Source: Phaeosaccion multiseriatum (Eukaryota; Protista; Ochrophyta, other classes). From it: DNA of 64,000 bases. Positions 1-16,251 of this stretch are shown here, piece after piece. Under the pieces are notes generated by a model that did no database searches, was not told where the DNA came from, and worked only from the letters and a program-made list of their open reading frames with translations. The stretch spans positions 1,798,001 through 1,862,000 of the forward strand of contig OZ218956.1 of NCBI GenBank assembly GCA_965112735.1, read 5' to 3'. Position numbers and translations under genes: made by a program. The first letter of the stretch is position 1. The number at the start of each line of letters is the position of its first letter.

Positions 1-4
1 TGGG

Positions 5-40
<36 letters not shown>

Positions 41-618
41 GCTACTTCAGCAGTGGCCGGGAGGGGTGGGGGGGACAGAGCAGGCGCTCCCTGGGGCCCC
101 TCGGAGCCAGCGAGGAGTAGCGATAGCGACCCTCCTGGCGCTGCGGTGCGCCACCTCGGCTCTCCTCAAAGCCGGAGAGGAGGTCCCAGCCGAGCAGCAT
201 TAGCAGGAGGAGGAGGAGGAGGAGGAGGAGGAGGAGGAGGAGGAGGAGGAGTGACAGCAGCGACGGACCCTTCGTCTCCCGTTAAGGTCAAAGCGTCGAG
301 GGGTAGAGCAGCAACAGCAGCAGGAGGAGCAGGACTGGGCGGCGGTGGTGGTGGTGCTCCGAAGCTCAAGGTCAAGACCACAGTAGCCTTCGGAGTAACC
401 TCGCCGGCAAAGGCCGCTCAAGGGCCGCCTGCCCTCGCAGTGGATGGAGGGACTGCGTTCGTTAGGGATGGGCGCACTGTGCTACTGCCGGTGCTTCAGG
501 GAATCGCTTGGGGGTCGCGCAGCGAGCCTCTGTTGGCAACAACACCACCAACAGTACCAACAACAACAGCAACAACAGCAACCACAACGACAGCGGGGAG
601 TCGGGATTGCGAGCAGCC

Positions 619-649
<31 letters not shown>

Positions 650-1600
650 GCCCATGAGCCCGACGGCGACAACGGAGTGCTGCTCACGTCCAGCAGCATG
701 GCGAGTACCGAATCGCAGGATTGCCCACCGACGTCAAGCCTCCTCACTACGCTCCACGACGAAGGGGGTCACAGCGTGTGCAGTTACGCCTCGACCGACG
801 CGAGCTTGCGCCTCGCTGGGGCAACAGCAGCGGCGGTAGGAGGCCAGCTAGAGGGCCCCGCACTCTCTCCTCCCCCGTGCTATTCACCAGCAGCAGGAGC
901 AGTAGCAGGAGCGGTGCCAGCAGCAGCAACTGTCGATCACTTTGCGAGCCCCGTGGATCTGCTGACTCACCCCCCCGGCGGGCCGTGCTTTGACCTTTCG
1001 GGAGGAGGCTCCCTTGCTGCCGCGGCATCGTCCGTGGCCTCAAGTGAATTCGGAGCGAACGGTAGTGATTTCGGAGATGATGCGGTTGATGATGCTGAGG
1101 GGGTGCCGCGACGCGGGCAGCAGGGGCAGGAGCACGAGCGGCCGCAACAGGAGGAGCAGGAGGAGGAGGAGAAGGGGGAGCAGAAGGGGCAGGAGGGAGA
1201 GAAGGGGGAAGAGGGGCAGCGGGAGGGGGAGGAGGAACTTCTTCTCCGCGTGCAATCTGCTGCTACTGTGGACACCGACGGTTGGGAGGAGCGGGAAGGG
1301 CAAGTGTGGAGGGAGGAAGGGCAGCATCAACAACAACAACAACACCAACAACAGCAGCAGCAGTTGGTGATACAGCCAGAGAGTGGTGAGACAATGCTAC
1401 AGGTCACCGTGCTGATGGACGAGGCCGACGAGAGCGAGTACAGGGAGGGGGAAGGGTCCCCGCTGCCGTCGGAGCAGCAGCTCCAGCAAGGGGAGGAGGA
1501 GGAGGAGGAGGAGGAGGAGGAGGAGGAGGAGGAGGAGGAGAAGGAGGAGAAGGAGGAGGAGGAGGAGGAGGAGGAGGAGGAGGAGGAGGAGGAGGAGTAG
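1..1600 (+). CDS. 3' part of an unidentified gene; low-complexity Gly/Gln/Glu/Ala-rich region, 5'-truncated by the window
   Basis: Frame is open from position 2 to TAG at 1598-1600. Homopeptide style matches coding exons elsewhere in the window. No recognisable domain. Confidence 0.5.
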
Positions 1601-1737
1601 GAGTAGGAGGAGTAGGAGGAGGAGGGGGAGGAGGAGAGGAGGAGGAGGAGGAGGAGGAGGGGGAGGAGGAGGAGGAGGAGGAGGAGGAGGAGGAGGAGGA
1701 GGAGGAGGAGGAGGAGGAGGAGGAGGAGGAGGAGGGG
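1493..1737 (+). repeat. (GAG)n microsatellite spanning the stop codon of the first ORF
   Basis: About 245 bp of GAG/GGA repeats with three in-register TAG variants. Confidence 0.95.
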
Positions 1738-2129
1738 ATGGGGGAGAAGAAGGACGAAGATGAAGAAGTAAGTGAAGAAGAAGGCGGGGAGGAGGGGCAG
1801 GATGAAGGGAGGAAGGCTCTTGCATGGCACGCAGTTTCGTTCAATATCAAAACTTTTTCTGTTGCTGCTCAAAAGCAACCAAGGTTCATGAACTGGCGAG
1901 GTTCAAGTGTCAGTGTGTAAATGTCAGTGGGAAAGCACCTAAAAAAGCGTCTCTTCCCTATGCTCCGTCGGCTATGAGGCGAAAGCGATGAGACTAGACA
2001 CAGCAGGAAAGAGGAGGTAGACAAGATTCCTCATCTTCTCATCCTCTCTCCTCTCCCCGTCAGTCAGCACAGGAGAGAGACAAAATTCTCATCGTGTCAT
2101 CCTGTTCTCTCCTCTCCTCGTGCCGTTAG

Positions 2130-5100
2130 TCAGCAGAGCCTGCAGCACGTCGATACCACCTGCTCTGATTGCGCTGCTTCGCCGCTCTCCTCCTGCGTCT
2201 CTGCCTCCGCCTCCCCTCTTTCTCCTCTGCCCCCCTTCCTCTCTACCTGCTGCTGCTGCTGCTGCTGCTCCTCCTCCTCCTCCTCCTCCCCCTCCTCTTG
2301 CTTCTCCTTCTGCTGCTGCTGCTCCTCCTCCTGGTCCTCCTCCTCCTCTGGCTGCTGCTGCTGTAGTACCAGCTGCGGTGGCTGCTGCATCACCAACGGC
2401 TGCTGCTGTATCAACTGCGGATGCTGAATCACCAACTGCCGCTGCTGTGGCGCCTTGGCAGAAACCGCCTTGTCCCTGTCCCCAGTGAAGAAGCGGTTGG
2501 AGCGAAGAAGGGCGCTACTGATGCTGCGACTGCCGCCTCTAATGCTGCCACTGCCACTACCGCCATATCCTCTCCCTCCCTTCGATACTCTTGCTGCTCC
2601 TCCTGCTCCTCCTGCTGCTGCGGCCGCTGCTCCTCCTGCCGTTGCTGCTGAGCATGTTGGTGCTCCATGAAGCGGACCTGTCGACGATGAAGGTTGCCCT
2701 CCCCCGTGGTGCTGAAGGTTCGAGAGCGAGTGCGACATGAAAGTCGAGGTCGATTTGAAGGCGCTCAGCAGCTTGGAGATTCGCCGGACGGGACCAGCCG
2801 CGTCCTGAGGAGAGCAGACATATACACGTGAGGTGAGATGGGGTGAGGTGCGAGACAAGCCAAGATAAGATACGCTAACCGACGACCACCAAAGATAACC
2901 TTAAGACAAGGTGAGACTTCCCCTTCCCCTTCCCCTTCCCCTTCCCCTTCCCCTTCCCCCGTACCTGAAAGGTAGCCCGACCCGACACATTCCCCCTGCT
3001 GAGCCCGTTCTTGACCAGCGGCACGTCGAAGCTGAAAGAGGACGTCGAGTGGCTGTAAGGCGACGGCTGCTGCTGTTGCCGCTGGTGGTTGTGGTGGGGG
3101 GCGGAGGGATGCCCGTGACGAGGCACCGAGCGTCTTCTGGGATGGACAGGGTCAGACGTGCGGCGTAGCGACGACAGCTCCTGTGTCTGCGCCTGCTGTT
3201 GCTGCTGCTGTATCACCAACTGCTGCTGTGTCTGCGCCTGCTGGTGGTGGTTGTGGTGTTTCTTTTTGCCGTTGGTGCCGTGATTGGCGTGGGTGTGGCG
3301 TAGTCTGAAGCTGCCCTTTCTGCGGTGATTTCCCGTGACCGCCACATTGCTGCCCCTGTATGATTTGAGTGACGTCAGTAAGTCAGTAAGAGGAGTGCAG
3401 TAAGTCAGTGTAAACGGACCAGTGCATGCAAGTCCGAAAAGCAGACGCACTGTGAGTAATTTCACTGACTGACATACCGAACATTTACTGCGCTGGCTGA
3501 TTGATGAACCACACCTTGACTGTCTGACTGACTGAAATGACTGCTGACACCAGGCACTGATTGACGGACACCAGGCACTGACTGACTGGCTGACACCAGG
3601 CACTGATTGACACTGACCTCATGATATCTGCGAGGGAGATGTTGGCGACGCCGAGCAGATCCGACCTCCCCCCCCTCTCCTGGCGGCCCCACAGCTCCAG
3701 GCGGATGTGGCACTGGCCAAGATGGGCCCTCTGCTTCAAGGCAAGCTCCACAAGGCAGCTCTCTCCCCTGAGGAGGGAGGAAGTGTGTGTGTGTGTGTGT
3801 GCGTGTGCGTGTGTTTGTGGGGGAGTGGGTCGGTGAGTGTGTGTGTGTGAGTGAGAGTTTGGGTAGAGTAAGCAGAGGGATAGGATGGTGCCGCGTTTTG
3901 GTTGGAGGAGCAACACACACATCACGTATACACACAGACATGCACACATACACACACACAAAGTACCTTTGACTTGCAATATCAGCAGGACAGGCAGCAG
4001 CAGGAGAAGCAGCGGCAGAGGAGGGAGTGACACTTCCAGTGGCAGCTTCAGAGCCCTCAGCATCTGCACCGCCAGCAGCAGCAGCACTACCGCCATCGGT
4101 CGGCTGTTCCCTCGCCCGAGCCTGGGCTTCGTCCCACTCCTTCTTGCTGACCTTCTCCGGCACCACCACCATCTGCGGACCTCTGTCCTCCCCCTTGGCA
4201 CTAGAGGGCAGGACCAGCCTTGGCACTTCGCTGCTAAAGACGAGGTCGCATTGCTCATATGCCGTCACGGAGCCCCTCGTCGTCGGAGCAGCGGCGCCTC
4301 CCCCCCCCGATTCGGAGTAGAAAGCAGCGCCGTTGTTGGTGGGGTTGTTGGAGTAGCTCAGCATGCTGCTTGCTCTGCGTACCCCCATGAGCCTCGCCAT
4401 CGGAGAGGGTGGTGAAACTGCTCGCTTTGTTCGAAGGACCTCAGCGCCGTTACCTCCTCCGTCACCACCACCACCACCACCACCACCACCACCACCACCA
4501 CCACCACCACCATTGGCTGCCATCCCACTAGCACCTCCACATCCACGTCCATGGTCGCTACCCCTGTGGCCCTCCTTGCGGTCATTGTGACCAATGTGAC
4601 CACTGTGACCATTGTACCCTCCCCAGCCCTTCACGCCTCCCCCGTCGCTGCTCAGACGGAGAGGTGGCTTTCTTTGCTTGCTGGGCTTGCTGGGCTTGTT
4701 TGGCTTGACTGGCTTGACTGGCTTGACTGGCTTGACTGGCTTAACTGGCTTGACTGGCTGGCTATTACTACCCCCCCTCTCATCTCCCCTGCTGCTGCCA
4801 GTGAGGTTGCTGACATGATGGTCGCTGGGGTGGATGTCACCGGGCTTCCGTTGTGTCCCTGGCCCTCCTTTGACGGTGGCGAGTCCCGCTACATCTGCTG
4901 CTGCTTGTTCTGCTGTGTCACCAACTGGTGTTGTTGCCGCCAGTGCCGAGCGTCGGGGAAGGGAAGGAGAAGAACTAGCCAATCCTGGCCCTTCCACATC
5001 CCTTCCTCCTCCTCCTCCTCCTCCTCCTCCTCCTCCTCCTCCTCCTCCTCCTCCTCCTCCTCCTCCCCCTTCTCCTCCTCCTCCTCCTCCTCCCCCCCCT

Positions 5101-7419
5101 TCTCCTTCTCCTCCTCCCTCCATCCCATGGTTGCCAGAATTTGAAGAGAAAATTGCACTTGCTCGCCGCACGCCGTTCATAATGCCGTTAGCAAATGGCG
5201 ACTGCCGCTCGCATTCTTCTGGCGAAAGGTCCCACATCGACGAACCACCCCCGGCGCCACCCCCACCTCCACCACCGCTGCCACCACAGCCTCCTTCCGC
5301 ACAAGAACAAGAAGCTTGGAACAACTGATCCTTGGGCGGGAACACCCGAATGTGGTCAAAAGTGATGCGTGTGTTGCGAGTTCGAGCCCGATGTGTAGCA
5401 ACACTCGATCTGTGCACAGGCGTAGACACCTCCGTGGGCCGCCTCATTCGTCGCGCTTTTCGCAGCTGCATCGTGAAGTTGACGTAGCTACCCCGCCCGC
5501 TCGAGGACTTGCCCCACCTGCCTCCTCCTCCTCCTCCTCCCTGCTCTTCTCCATGGCCACTGCTCTTTATACAGTCTTCGTCCCCGTCGCTCTCACGGCG
5601 AGGCGATTGGCGTGGCCGTGGAATGCCGCTTTGATTAAGAGGGGCGGTGCCTTCCCCTCCTCCTGCTCCTCCTCCTGCTCCTCCTCCTGCTCCTCCTCCT
5701 CCTCCTCCTCCTCCTCCTCCCCCTCCCCCTGCAGGCAGGGCAGAGTCGCCCTCCGCGAGACCGAGCAGACCATCCACACCCTACAAGGGCACAACGTAAC
5801 GGAAAGAGGATGGGAAAGGAGGGGAGGGGGGTGGACCGGGGGAGGGAAACAGGGACGGACAGAGAGGGGGTTAGAGGAAGAGGACAGAGGAGAGCAGCCC
5901 CGTGTTCCCTTAATTGTGCCGACGGACTTTGATCAACACAAGCTCGTCGGCGAGACAAAGTGTCCCTTCTTCAGAGTTTTTCCATTTTCCAGACCCTTCT
6001 ATGGAGAATCATCGATCCTTCTCGCTTTTCCCCTACCCTTCCTCCAATTTCTCCGACAGTCTTCCTTCCCTCCCTTGCTCCCTCCTCACTTCCTTCTTTC
6101 CTTCCTTCCTTCCTTCCTTCTTATCTTCCTCCCTCCCGCGTTCCCCTCCTTCTGCAGTACGACGTAAGCCTCACGGCTCCACTCACCTCTATGAGCTCGA
6201 GACTGAAGCTGCAAGTGACGGGCTTATGGTCTGATGACACAACTTGAGGACAGCTCGACAGTTCAAGGGGCTGCCATACCAAATCGAGGAAGGAAGGAAG
6301 GGAGGGAGGGAGGGAGGGAGGGAGGGGCAATTCGTTTGACGTGAGTGGGTGAGCGAGTGAGTGAGTGAGTGAGTGAGTGAGTGAGTGAGTGAGAGTCAGT
6401 GAGTGAGCGGGTGAGTGGGTGAGTGAGTGAGTGAGTGAGTGAGTGAGTGAGTCAGTGAGTGAGTGAGTGAGTGAGTGAGTGAGTGAGTGAGTCAATGAAT
6501 GAATGAAATGAGATGAAATGACTGACAGAATGAATGACTGAGTGAATGAGTGCGTGTACCTTCAAATGTTGCGCCAGGCCGGGCAGAGACTTCCAAAGTA
6601 TCCGATCAGTGTAGCTTGGGGTGCGCTTGTCGTTGTAGCCCTGCACCGCCCCCTTCAGGCACTTGAAGGTGGGGGGGAAGTTCGGAAGGAGGGTCTTGAA
6701 GCCCACGAGGACACGCTCCTCCTTTAGCTCGCGGGCCACTTGAGAAAAAGAGAAAGAGAGGTGGGAAGAGGAGGGAAATGGGCGGGAGACGCACACACAC
6801 AGAGAGAGAGGTATATATATAAGAGAGAAACGTACAGAGATAAGGGGAGAGACAGGTCAGTGCTCAGAGCTTTGGTCAGCACCCTCCTTCTCCCCTCCCC
6901 CTCCCCCTCCCCCGCCCCTTCCGTTGTCCAAGCTGCGCCCCAGCACGCCCGGTACGGACGCCTTAGGTTGTACTTAGTACTAAGTATTACGTAGTAGTAA
7001 GTCAGTGACTTACATTCGTCTCTCTGCTGTATGGCGAGCCAATCCCTCCTCTCTATGCACCGCAACACATCATCTTTGGGCAGATCCACTCGATAGTTCA
7101 TATCGCCCATCCAGAAAGTGTGGGAGAACTTACTGCTCAGTGACATACAGCACAGCACAGCACAGCATGGGAGTAGTAGTGAAGTAGTAGTAGTGAAGTA
7201 GTGTAGTAGTAGTAGTAATAGTGGTAGTAGTAGTAGTAGTAGTAGTAGTGAGTAGTAGTAGTAGTAGTAGTGAAGTAGTAGTAGTGAAGTAGTGTAGTAG
7301 TAGTAGCAGTGTAGTAGTAGTAGTAGTAGTGAGTAGTAGTAGTAGTAGTAGTGAGTAGTAGTAGTAGTAGTGGTAGTGGCAGTGGTAGTAGTAGTAGTAG
7401 TGGTAGTAGAAGCAGTAGC

Positions 7420-7454
<35 letters not shown>

Positions 7455-7546
7455 AAGTAGTAGTAGTGAAGTAGGGTAGTAGTAGTAGTAGTAGTGGTAG
7501 TAGTAGTAGTTGTAGTAGTGAGTAGTAGTAGTAGCAGTAGTAGTAA

Positions 7547-7603
<57 letters not shown>

Positions 7604-9526
7604 GAGGAGGAGTAAAAGTAGCCAGGAGGAGGAGGAGGAGGAGTGGGAAAAGTATTAGACGGAGCAGAAGAGTCGCAGTAGTTGCAGCGGCTAGTGATAC
7701 GGCAGCAGCAGCAGCAGGAAGTGCAGGGCTGTTGTAGCCAACCTACTGGGGTGGGGTCGGGGTCTAGGCACAGACTTGCAACTCTCAACTCGTGTCCCTC
7801 CTCAACCCCCTCTTCTCTCACTGTCTGAGTGTCTGTGTCTCTCTACACCTTCACATCATTCATACTGTGTCTCACTCATCCACCGTACTACATCTTCTTA
7901 CCTGTCGAAGTCAATGATTCTCTCATGGCCCAGGCCCAAGCGCGCCCCTGCCAATATCTCCTCGCAGCTTCCGTTCCTCCTCTCCAGGTGCTGCTCAGTT
8001 TCAGTGTCAGTTTCAGTGTCAGTGCCAGTTCCAAGACATAATAATCATCGGAGCGCGACATTTGGCATATCGATTCCGAGGGTCAATATACCACTAACAC
8101 AATGTGTTTGTGCCAAACTCTCCTCCCTCTGCCGTCCCTTTTCAGAGGAACGGTCTAGCAATCTGAAATTGAAACTAAACTGAAACTCACCTGTTGCCCC
8201 TCGTGGGCTTGCAGATGGCAGCTCGCGAAGCACAATGTGGTTCCTTTCAGCTTTATTTTGGCCACAAGGCCACCTTTGTTGGCCGCAAGCTTTGGAGGGT
8301 ACAACAGAGCGAGAGAAGGGGGGTTGGGGAGAGGGGCGGGACAGAGAGAGGGGCGGGAGGGAGGGAGGGAGGGAGGGAGACGGAGTGGGAGGGAGGGAGG
8401 CAAGGGGGAGAGGGCAAGAGGGCAAGAGAGAAAGATGGGGGGAGGGAGGGAGAGAGAGTGAGAAAGAGATTTTGAGGACACAAGAGAGAGACAGACAAGA
8501 GAGGGGCCAGAGACACGCACACAACTCCCTCTCGTAGGGGGTGTAGCTGGCTCTGTCTGGCTCTATCTGGCTCTATCTGGCTCTCTCCCACTGCTGTACT
8601 GTACCTTTGCCACCCCTGTATTCTCCCCGGCCATCTCCATCGCCTTAGGGTCGTAGTGAGACTCCACAAGGCTCTGTCGGAGGAAAATCTGAGAAAGCAA
8701 CGCATTGAGAGACGCACACGCGCACACACGCGCGCACACACACACACACACGCACACACACACAGAGAGAGAACAAACATGCGCGCGCCGCACACACACA
8801 AGGGGGTATGAAAGCATGTACAAGCGCCGAAGGTGAAGGCCCGTCAGCAGAGAAGAGCAGAGAGCAGGCAAAAGCAAGGAAGGTGACACACAGATGACAC
8901 AATCCCCACTGGCCTCATCCATACTAACACCTCTCCTACTTGTCATATCCTCTTCCTCCTCCTCCTCCTCCTCCTCCTCCTCCTCCTCCTCCTCCTCCTC
9001 CTCCTCCATCCTCTTCCTCCATCCTCCTCCTCTTCCTCCCCCCCCTCCTCCTCCTCCTCCTCCTCCTCCTCCTCCTCTTCCTCCTCGTCCTCCTCCATCC
9101 TCCCCCTCCTCCTCCTCCACCTCCTCCTCCTCCTCCTCATCCTTCTCCATCCTCCTGCTCCTCCTGCTCCTCCCCCTCCTCCTGCTCCTCCTCCTCCTCC
9201 TCCTCCTCCTCCTCCTCCTCCTCCTCCTTTCTCTCCTCTCTCACCCAAAACCCACCTGCAGGCGCATCTGCCATCTCTTGACGGTTACAACTCTGTTCCA
9301 CTCCTTGCCAAGGTGCTTGAGGAGCGTCTTCTTTAGGTGCGTGTTGCCCTGCTCGAGCTTCTTGGCAACTGCGATGGGCTTGGTGGTCGTGGTGATGACC
9401 TACAAACGCGTGTGGGGGCGGCGTGTGGGGGTGGGGTGTGTGGTGTGGAGTGGAGTGGGGTGGGATGGGGCGGGGTGGGGTGGGAGGGGGTTGATGAGAA
9501 GGGTTAGGCGCAAGACACAGACAGGC

Positions 9527-9607
<81 letters not shown>

Positions 9608-10969
9608 GGCGCCTCCTCTCCTCGCGGCGACATCAATACATCGATTGTTCGACATTGATCGAGGTCAAACTGCAACCGGAACTAAACTTGAACCTGATAG
9701 CCTGAGAAACGGAACCTGAAACCTGAAACCTGACATTCAACCTCACCTTCTTGGTTGCATCCCACACTTGTCCCCGCCTTGTCTTGCTGCTGTTCAGAGG
9801 TTTCGGTGTAGAGGCACCTCCTGTCTCAGCGCCGCCCCCGTCCTGAGCAGCAGCCCTGCCTTGATTGGTCGGGGTCGAGGCGAGCGACGCTAACGCCAGC
9901 CCCAGCACGCCTCCCCCTCCTCCTCCTCCTCCCCCTCCTCCTCCCCCTCCTCCTCCTCCTCCTTCTCCTCCTCCTCCTCCTCCTCCCTCTCCTCCTCCTC
10001 CTCCTCCTCCTCCTCCTCCTCCGCCTCCGCCCTTCAACCCCACCGATGCGAGACTCCAGCGATGCTCCCTCGGAGTGGTAGAACGCGATGCCGAACCTTC
10101 CCTTGAGAAAGAGGCCCCCTTCTTGCTCCTCCAGCTCAATCGCCTGCCTTCCTCCGCACCTGTCTCTATCCGTGCTGCTGGTGGTGTATGCGTCAGCTCA
10201 GCCACACGCAGGGCTCCATCATACCTCTCTCCTCCAAGCCTCTCTCCACTCTTCATCGGAGTCTTTCTCCCCACCTCCTCTCTCTTCTCTTCGCTCTGCT
10301 CCGTCCCGCTGACCTCCTCCCCCCCTTCCTCCTCCTCCTTGAAGAAGGCGCTTGTTTGCCGTTGCCTCTCGGCCTCTGATCCCAGCTCCACAGCGCCTCC
10401 TCTCTTCTCATTCTCCTTCTCGGCACGGAAACCCTCCTCTTGCTCTCCTCTTCCTCTTCCTCCTCCTCCTCCTCCTCCTCCTCCTCCTCCTCCTCCTCCT
10501 CCTCCTCCCCCTCCTCCTCTCCCTCCTTCCCCTTGTATGTCATCTCCCGACAACACCGACACGTCCGGTGAACCAATAGAGAGAGGCGACCCTGGGGAAG
10601 CCACCGAAGGGGTGTTGAATGCGAACGCCATGTCCGCCCCTCCTTCCGACACGAAGCTCGCTCTCCGACTTCGATGGCCGATAGTCTCCTGGGGTGGTCC
10701 TTCGCTGTTCTCAGTATAGGCATGAGTGGGACCCGCAGTCTCCTCCTCTGCCTCTTCGTTCCTCCCCTTCGCCGTACTCATATGGTCGTTCTCTCCCGCC
10801 CCCCCCCGCCTTAAATACTCTTCCAAACGGGTCCTGATCTCCGAGGGAAGGGGCTGCCCCCCCCTCTCTCTTCCTCCTCTATCCGTCAAAGGCGGTTTCA
10901 TCACTCCGCCTCTTGACACAGGCCCGCTCCCTCCTCCTTCTCCTCCTCCTCCTCCTCCTCCTCCTCCTC

Positions 10970-11009
<40 letters not shown>

Positions 11010-12426
11010 GCCTCCTGCTGCTCCCCCTCCTTCTCCTACTACACGTGGAAGAGGTGGTAGCCCCTTAGTCGACGGAGTCACAGGGCCAGCAGTAGTAGCA
11101 GCAGCACAAGCAGCAGGGGCCTCTCTTCTTCTCTCTTCCTCTCCACCCCCATCAGCCCGAACAGCATGCCTGTCGTCACCAAGGAAGAAGTACGTTCCAT
11201 CCTCCTTTTCTCCCGCTGAGTCAGGCACACTCACCTGAATCAACCCCTCCCCTTCCCTTCCCCCCACCCCCTCCCCCTCGCCCTCCGCCAAGTGGTTGTG
11301 AGTCGTTACCAGTGCAACAGGTGCAGTGCGTGGAGACTTGGCCGACTGAGCTCCCCCCGGCATGGAGGAATCGAGAGCGAAGGGCGAGGTTGCAAAGCAT
11401 AGCACACGCACATGCAGCAGGGGAGAAGCAGTCACCACAGGAGTTTGATCAATGGCGTGAGAGAATGACGTGGGAAAAGATACGGGAGCGGGGAGCTCTG
11501 ACTCACTCTTTTGTTTGCCATACCTGAGACGACTGGTACACGCTCTCCTGCAGGCCGATGGCGATCAAGTCGTAGCCCTCCCCATGCGCGGGCAGCCAGG
11601 CCGTCGGGTCCCCTAGCTCGCTATTGCCGACGTTAAAAGTGGCGAGAAGCATCTGCAGCCTTTCCCCCCCAAGGTGAAGAGGGAGCCGATCCAGCGTACT
11701 ATCCAGCACGTTCACGCCGTCGTCAGAGTCATCGTCATCATCGTCATCATCGCCGTCGGAGGCATTGGAGGCGTTGGATGCGTTGGATGCATGCGAACCA
11801 TTATTGGCATTGGCCTTGGCATGGCCTTGACTGCTAGCCTCGTCCTCGGCGCTGCAGCTAGTGCCTGTCCTTTTCCTGATCCGCCCTGCGGACAAGAACG
11901 AGATGAGTCCACTGCCCTTGCTGCTGCTGGTACCTGCTGCTGCTGCTGCTGCTGCTGTGGCAGCTGCTGTTGTTGGTGGTTCTCCCCCAGACGATGCTCT
12001 CTTGCGCTGCCCCCTGCCGCTGCCCGAAAGGGTTCTCATGCGCCGTCCTATGCTGCGGCTGCTGGAAAGGGATTTAATTCGGCTGAGCTTGGGCACCGGC
12101 CCACCGGCCCCTCCTTCTTCTTCTCCTCCTCCTCCTCCTCCTCCTCCCTCCAATGCTACCGGGGCGGTCTTTGTTGGAGAGGAGGGGACATATCCCTCTG
12201 ATGCATGTGGTATGGCGGGGCTAGCGACTCCCAGGGCGGGTGCTTCTCCCTCGCCCTCCTCCTCCTCCTCCACCTCCTCCTCCTCCACCACCTTCTCCTC
12301 CTCGTTCTCATCATCCTCTTTTGGCTCACCCTCATCCATGTGTTGTTGCTCAGGCGCAAACAGTGGAACATCATTGTGAGAGTTCGCCTCCATCAAAGTA
12401 GCAGAAGGAGGGTCAGGGGGCTGCAT
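2130..12426 (-). CDS. Inositol polyphosphate 5-phosphatase (IPPc) with C-terminal C2-like domain, about 13 exons
   Basis: Predicted exons: 12426-11524, 11345-9747, 9399-9256, 8688-8605, 8289-8191, 7990-7902, 7132-7014, 6738-6560, 6270-6187, 5780-3967, 3767-3618, 3355-2965, 2804-2130. All 5-phosphatase motifs occur in order: LATFNVGN, YDLIAIGLQE, ANKGGL, CFASCHLQAH, FWMGDMNYRVD, FPPTFK, RTPSYTDRILW, SSDHKPV. Downstream C2-like strands: HIRLELW, LLGVANISL, FDVPLVKNG..G.VSG. Confidence 0.92.
4702..4757 (-). repeat. 9-bp coding minisatellite (KPV)n
   Basis: About six copies of GGCTTGACT on the + strand, inside 5-phosphatase exon 10. Confidence 0.9.
6341..6493. repeat. (GTGA)n intronic microsatellite
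   Basis: Reads (CTCA)n in the sense of the host gene, upstream of a pyrimidine tract and 3' splice site. Confidence 0.95.
7172..7603. repeat. (TAG)n intronic microsatellite, about 430 bp
   Basis: Degenerate TAG/TGG/CAG triplet run; (CTA)n in the host-gene sense. Confidence 0.95.
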
Positions 12427-12851
12427 CTAAGGAGGAAGAGCAGGGGTCTGTGTCTCACGAGGACCCTCCACTTATTGAAAGCTCGCCACACTTTGCATCA
12501 TCAAACTCGGCCTTGCTCAGAGAAAAATCTTCCTTCCGTCTCTCCTTCTTCCGAGATCGCCACTTTGAAGCAGTCTTACAAGAGGGGAAGCCCCACCGCT
12601 GTTGTTGTTTTAAAACACTCTTCTCCCTCCTTCTCCCTCCCTCTCCCTTGCCCTATCCCCCTTGCTACTGCCGTTGCTGCTGTTGCTGCTGCTACACCTC
12701 CTGATTCATCTTCTTTTTCTTCTCATTTTCCTTTTTTTTGAGCTGCTTGGAGGATCGTTGCGCGACAGTCGTCATCTGTGATTTGTGGTGTACAACGTGC
12801 GCGGGAAACGGCAAAAAGTTGGAGGCATCCATCTGATTTGATTCATCCACC
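12427..12851. promoter_or_regulatory. Putative bidirectional promoter (5-phosphatase / kinase)
   Basis: 425 bp between divergent ATGs. Confidence 0.55.
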
Positions 12852-15900
<3,049 letters not shown>

Positions 15901-16251
15901 CGAGTGGTTGATTGATTGGTTGATTGATTGGTGGGTTGGTAGGTTGGTGAGTTGGTGGGTTGATCGATGGAATGGTTGATTCATGTATATATATATATAT
16001 ATATATTGTAAGTTTGTAAATGAGCATAGCGTCAATCACCATGTGATGTGACGTGAGAGTCGCTGCCATCGGCGGTCAGATAGACTACTATCACTCCCCC
16101 AACTATTCTTGAGCATACACGCAGATACACATGTCATCTTATAGATTCTTTTGAAACAGAACGACCCTTTCCTAAGAAAGAGAAAGAGTCAAACAGGCAA
16201 CGGGTTTCTCATTCCACTTCCAGAGCCCATACAAGCTGCTGCTGCTGCTGC

